Assembly (NCBI GenBank): GCA_963667015.2
Contig: CAXXJJ010000001.1
Span: 1,760,001-1,824,000, forward strand
Reading direction: 5' to 3'
Source: Desulfatiglandales bacterium
Lineage (GTDB): Bacteria > Desulfobacterota > DSM-4660 > Desulfatiglandales > HGW-15
DNA: 64,000 nucleotides
Shown in pieces: positions 60,120 through 64,000 of the stretch. The notes below the pieces were generated by a model, which saw nothing but the letters and a program-made list of their open reading frames with translations, had not been told where the DNA came from and did no database searches. How positions within the stretch are numbered: the first letter of the stretch is position 1; each line of letters opens with the position of its first letter. The position numbers and the translations under genes are program-made.

Positions 60120-61628
60120 TCACCTGGATCTTAACTTTGCTGTAAAATGGAAAGTACTGCCTTTTCCCTCGACACTTTCGGCCCACAAGTCACCTTCGAG
60201 CATTTTTACAAGCTGACTGCATATACTTAATCCAATACCTGTTCCGCCATATTTTCTTGTGGATGATCCGTCAGCCTGAGTAAATTCTCTGAAAATAATA
60301 TTCATCTTATCTTTAGGTATGCCAATACCTGTGTCTTCAATGATAAAGTGAAGTGTAATATCTTTATCTAAAATATCCTCTGCATTGACTCTAAAAGTAA
60401 CGCCGCCCTTTTCAGTGAATTTAATAGCATTACCTACAAGGTTTATAATCATCTGACGAATTATTTCCGGATCACCTACCAGGTAGTCCGGGATATTCGG
60501 ATCAATATTCCACTTTAATTCAAGCCCTTTGGATTCTGACTGGGATTTAAAATTCTCCATACACGCAAGAACAACCTGTTGAAGACTCATAGATTCTTTC
60601 TCAATAATCATACCTCCGGATGTTATTTTTGAAAAGCTAAACAGATCATTTACAAGCCTTAGAAGACCCTCTGTTGATTCCTGCATGAGTGCAAGGTATT
60701 CACGCTGCTCGTCATTAAGATCAGTATCTGACAGCAGACTGAGTATCCCTACAATACCATTCATGGGAGTCCTTATCTCGTGGTTCATGTTTGCAAGAAA
60801 TTCACTTTTCATCCGGCTGGCTTCTTCTGCTAACTCTTTTGCTGAAATAAGTGTCTTTTCAGAGCGTTTGCGTTCAGTAATATCCCGGGCAACGGCCTGA
60901 AAAAGACCTTCTCTGGGGTATTCCAGAAGATTGGCGCTTATCTCTACCTCTACTATGGTTCCATTCTTTTTTAAAATTTCGGTTTCAAAGCAGGCACTTC
61001 TCTTTTCAATAATTGCGGGGAGCCTGCTGTCCTCAAGGGATCTTTTCCAACTTGGCTTGAGAGCCAGCATATCCATTTTTAATAACTCATCACAACTGTA
61101 ACCTGTCAGTTCAGTTGATCTTCTGTTGACGTCAAGAATTTTTCCCTTTTGGTCATGAATAAAAATAGCATCATTCGCCTGGTTAAACAGAGCAACATAT
61201 CTTTTTTCATTTTCCTCGAGTTCAAGCTGTTGTCTGTAGAGTCTCAGGAAGACATCCACCTTGCACTGAAGGAGAAATGGCTCGACAGGTTTGGTGATAT
61301 AGTCTACAGCGCCAATTTCAAATCCTTTTTGAATAAATTCGTCTGAAAGATATTCAGCTGTAATAAATAAAATCGGTAAATTTTTCAGCCTGTCGCTGGA
61401 TTTCATTTTTTCTGCTACTTCCCATCCGTCAATACCAGGCATTTTTATGTCGAGAATAATCAGCGAAATATCTTCTTTCTCAAGTATCATTAAGGCATCC
61501 TCGCCTGAGCCGGCAGTAAAAAAAATCCTGTCCGGTTTTCTAAGCTGTCGCTTCAATGCTGTCAGGTTTTCATCTATATCATCGACAAGTAATATCTTGC
61601 TTTTTATGTTACCTACTAAGTTTTTCAT
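60120..61628 (-). CDS. REC-PAS-histidine kinase
   Basis: ILLVDD, LDIKMP, PAS, FLANMNHEIRTPMNG, NAIKFT, GGTGIGL. Confidence 0.9.
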   Translation of the reverse strand: MKNLVGNIKSKILLVDDIDENLTALKRQLRKPDRIFFTAGSGEDALMILEKEDISLIILDIKMPGIDGWEVAEKMKSSDRLKNLPILFITAEYLSDEFIQKGFEIGAVDYITKPVEPFLLQCKVDVFLRLYRQQLELEENEKRYVALFNQANDAIFIHDQKGKILDVNRRSTELTGYSCDELLKMDMLALKPSWKRSLEDSRLPAIIEKRSACFETEILKKNGTIVEVEISANLLEYPREGLFQAVARDITERKRSEKTLISAKELAEEASRMKSEFLANMNHEIRTPMNGIVGILSLLSDTDLNDEQREYLALMQESTEGLLRLVNDLFSFSKITSGGMIIEKESMSLQQVVLACMENFKSQSESKGLELKWNIDPNIPDYLVGDPEIIRQMIINLVGNAIKFTEKGGVTFRVNAEDILDKDITLHFIIEDTGIGIPKDKMNIIFREFTQADGSSTRKYGGTGIGLSICSQLVKMLEGDLWAESVEGKGSTFHFTAKLRSR

Positions 61629-61702
61629 CGTTTTTTGCTCATACCAGTCTGTTTCTCTTTAATATGCCTGTACCTGTTTAAAAACATGGAATCCCGTTTT
61701 GA

Positions 61703-62230
61703 TTACCTGATCATTTTTAATGTCTGCGCTGAAAGGTTCTTTAATGAAAGTTGCTTCACATAAGCCATTCCTGTATCAGTATGAAAATAGACCTTCCTGG
61801 TTTTATCTCCTCCAAAATCATGTGCTACAATCTCTATTTTTTCTTTTTGAAGATATTGGATTACAAAATCCACTATCTTGGTACCAATTCCGGTTTCCTT
61901 TGATATTGCAGGAATTACATGCCCTCCGCCAAAGGCCTTTGCGACCAGTTTATTACGCTCACCTCCAAGTTGACAAATATTTTTTATCAGATATTTCATA
62001 GCGTTTTCACCATAACGTGTAGACGAATCGTTTTTATAGTTATTGCCCGGTAAAAAAATATGATTCATTCCGCCAATGCGGTTTTTTATATCATAAATAC
62101 AAACCGCTACACAGGACCCGAGTAGTGTGTATATTACAGTAGGCTCATCAGTGGCATATAATTCACCTATCTTAATGATGACCTGTCTTTTAAGATAGTC
62201 TTTCATTTCTGATATAAAAACCATGCACAA
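61703..62230 (-). CDS. cheD: Chemoreceptor glutamine deamidase CheD
   Basis: TLLGSCVAVC, GGMNHIFLP, AKAFGGG, D.GG. Confidence 0.9.
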   Translation of the reverse strand: MCMVFISEMKDYLKRQVIIKIGELYATDEPTVIYTLLGSCVAVCIYDIKNRIGGMNHIFLPGNNYKNDSSTRYGENAMKYLIKNICQLGGERNKLVAKAFGGGHVIPAISKETGIGTKIVDFVIQYLQKEKIEIVAHDFGGDKTRKVYFHTDTGMAYVKQLSLKNLSAQTLKMIR

Positions 62231-62250
62231 TTTATATATAATAATTAATT

Positions 62251-62670
62251 CTACACCTGGTGAATTAATCCCAGTTTTACCATTTCACCAATAAGATTTT
62301 TCTTGGAAATAGGCTTAACAATATATGAAGTAGCCCCTCCATCATGAAATGCCTTGATAACATTTTTAAGGTCATCCAGTGCTGTAACCATAATAACCTT
62401 AACTTCCTGGGACCCTATGATTCCCATCTCCAATTCCATGTCCCTGATCTTCTGCAGTGCCTCCTGCCCGTCAATTTCAGGCATCATTACATCCATGCAT
62501 ATGAGATCATAGGGCGACAGCTCTTCCCAGCCAAGATAAAAGGCATGAATTGCTTCTTTCCCATCCTTTGCCATATCACATTTACCATAGGGAGTAAGTA
62601 TTTCCTGAAGGATACGGCGGGATATAAAGTCATCTTCAACGATAAGTATTTTAAGATTTTTCTCACTCAT
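62251..62670 (-). CDS. Single-domain response regulator (CheY-like)
   Basis: ILIVEDD, ICMDVMMP, MVTA, YIVKP. Confidence 0.88.
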   Translation of the reverse strand: MSEKNLKILIVEDDFISRRILQEILTPYGKCDMAKDGKEAIHAFYLGWEELSPYDLICMDVMMPEIDGQEALQKIRDMELEMGIIGSQEVKVIMVTALDDLKNVIKAFHDGGATSYIVKPISKKNLIGEMVKLGLIHQV

Positions 62671-62708
62671 GGCATGCTCCTCATTTATTTCTTATCCTTA
62701 AAATAATT

Positions 62709-63770
62709 TTATGCCTCTCTGATTATTGTACCGCTTATTTTTTCTAGAGGGAGTATCTTATCTGCAGCATTAAGTTTTATTGCCTCCTGAGGCATGCCAA
62801 ATACAACGGATGTTTCCTCATCCTGGGCGATAGTAAAGGCACCCCGTTCCTTCATCTCCAGAAGCCCCTTGGCACCGTCATCTCCCATGCCTGTCATAAT
62901 TACTCCAATGGCATTTTTGCCGGCATATCGTGCAGCAGACCGGAACAGCACATCAACCGACGGCCTGTGCCTTGACACAAGGGGGCCTTCTCTGATTTCA
63001 ACATAATATCGCGCCCCGCTTCTTTTTAAAAGCATGTGATGATTTCCGGGTGCTATAAGAACCTGTCCTCTCAGGACTGAATCATTATTACTCGCCTCCT
63101 TGATTGTAGGCAGACACAGGGAATCGAGGCGTTTTGCAAAGGCTTTTGTAAAATTTTCGGGCATATGCTGAACTACAACCATTCCCGGGCAATCCATTGG
63201 CAGACCTTCAAACAGAACCCTTAAGGCCTCGGTACCTCCGGTTGACGCACCAACAGCTATTATTTTTTCCGTTGTCTCTACCATGGATCTGTCTGTAGCC
63301 TTTGGAAGCACTACATCGGCGGTATATTTGGGTTGTATTTCTTTTTTCTTGGGTACTCTCTTGATTCTGGCAAGTGAAGCAGCCTTGACACAGTCACATA
63401 TTTTAATCTTTGATTCCCTGAGATATTCCTTTGTCCCCAGTGTTGGTTTCTGAATTATTTCTACTGCTCCATATTCCATTACTTTCATTGTGGTTTCGGA
63501 TCGATTGACTGCCAGGCTGGAACAGATAACCACTGGTATAGGATGTTGATTCATTATTTTTTGTAAAAAGGTAACCCCATCCATCCTTGGCATTTCAACA
63601 TCCAGTGTAATAACATCAGGTGCTTCCTCCCTCATCTTCTTTGCCGCAACATAAGGATCCGAGGCAGTTCCCATGACCTCGATTTCCGGATCAGAGGACA
63701 GTATTTCCGAAAGAGTCTGACGTACTAGCGCAGAGTCGTCAATAATAAGAACTTTAATTTTTTTCTTCAT
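62709..63770 (-). CDS. cheB: Chemotaxis methylesterase CheB
   Basis: REC plus [32 protein letters not shown]. Confidence 0.97.
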   Translation of the reverse strand: MKKKIKVLIIDDSALVRQTLSEILSSDPEIEVMGTASDPYVAAKKMREEAPDVITLDVEMPRMDGVTFLQKIMNQHPIPVVICSSLAVNRSETTMKVMEYGAVEIIQKPTLGTKEYLRESKIKICDCVKAASLARIKRVPKKKEIQPKYTADVVLPKATDRSMVETTEKIIAVGASTGGTEALRVLFEGLPMDCPGMVVVQHMPENFTKAFAKRLDSLCLPTIKEASNNDSVLRGQVLIAPGNHHMLLKRSGARYYVEIREGPLVSRHRPSVDVLFRSAARYAGKNAIGVIMTGMGDDGAKGLLEMKERGAFTIAQDEETSVVFGMPQEAIKLNAADKILPLEKISGTIIREA

Positions 63771-64000
63771 TACTTCACCTTCCTGTAAACTGCCGGTGCT
63801 GTTGGCATGAGCGGCAGTTTATCTGTGCAGTGGATTACTTCCGAGTGTCCCATAAAAAGGTACCCGTCCGTTTTCAAATGATCACAAAGGCGTAAAATGA
63901 GGTCATCCTGGGTTTTTTTATCAAAATATATTAGTACATTCCTGCAAAAGATTATGTCCATTGCCTCTCTTAATTTAAAATCATCGTCCATAAGATTCAG
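63770..64000 (-). CDS. cheR: Chemotaxis methyltransferase CheR (3' part only)
   Basis: [13 protein letters not shown]...GYLFMGHSE; abuts cheB. Confidence 0.92.
   Translation of the reverse strand: MNLMDDDFKLREAMDIIFCRNVLIYFDKKTQDDLILRLCDHLKTDGYLFMGHSEVIHCTDKLPLMPTAPAVYRKVK

Noticed and set aside
1..64000. tRNA/rRNA genes, integrase or prophage
   Set aside because: No cloverleaf or rRNA signatures, tyrosine/serine integrase or phage structural genes recognised; DUF5131 alone does not indicate a prophage

Overview
AT-rich bacterial chromosome segment, most consistent with a Desulfobacterota (deltaproteobacterial) genome; this is inferred from gene content. In order it contains: (1) the end of the spc and alpha ribosomal operons (rpsE to rplQ); (2) pyrBC behind a probable leader-peptide attenuator; (3) an orphan PilR-like sigma54 activator, an aromatic-rich Geobacter-like type IV pilin and a ~10.5 kb glycosylation locus (two TMTC-like GT-C/TPR proteins, YfhO-like GT-C, two GT2, flippase-like protein, two methyltransferases; manA nearby); (4) signalling and housekeeping genes (cNMP-PilZ, hybrid kinases, coaE, hemerythrin, maf, tatD, GAF-PilB ATPase, argC, ychF-like); (5) a TetR/HlyD/ABC efflux operon; (6) a ~13 kb accessory island (44.2-57.3 kb) whose ends and many gene junctions carry a 9-nt-period TTTCGTG/CACGAAA repeat family; (7) Smr, DUF3786, purE, tsaC and a chemotaxis cluster (cheR partial, cheB, REC, cheD, kinase). 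The island holds a GxxExxY nuclease gene with an in-frame stop, VapBC, a REP-associated tyrosine transposase, an IS256 remnant, an unusual beta-propeller-TPR-methyltransferase plus glutamate 5-kinase pair, csaA between attC-like hairpins, DUF5131, a Panacea/PemK-like TA pair, truncated VapBC and sce7725/sce7726 modules and an AAA-DUF4143 ATPase. All family calls come from motif recognition by eye, with no database searches.
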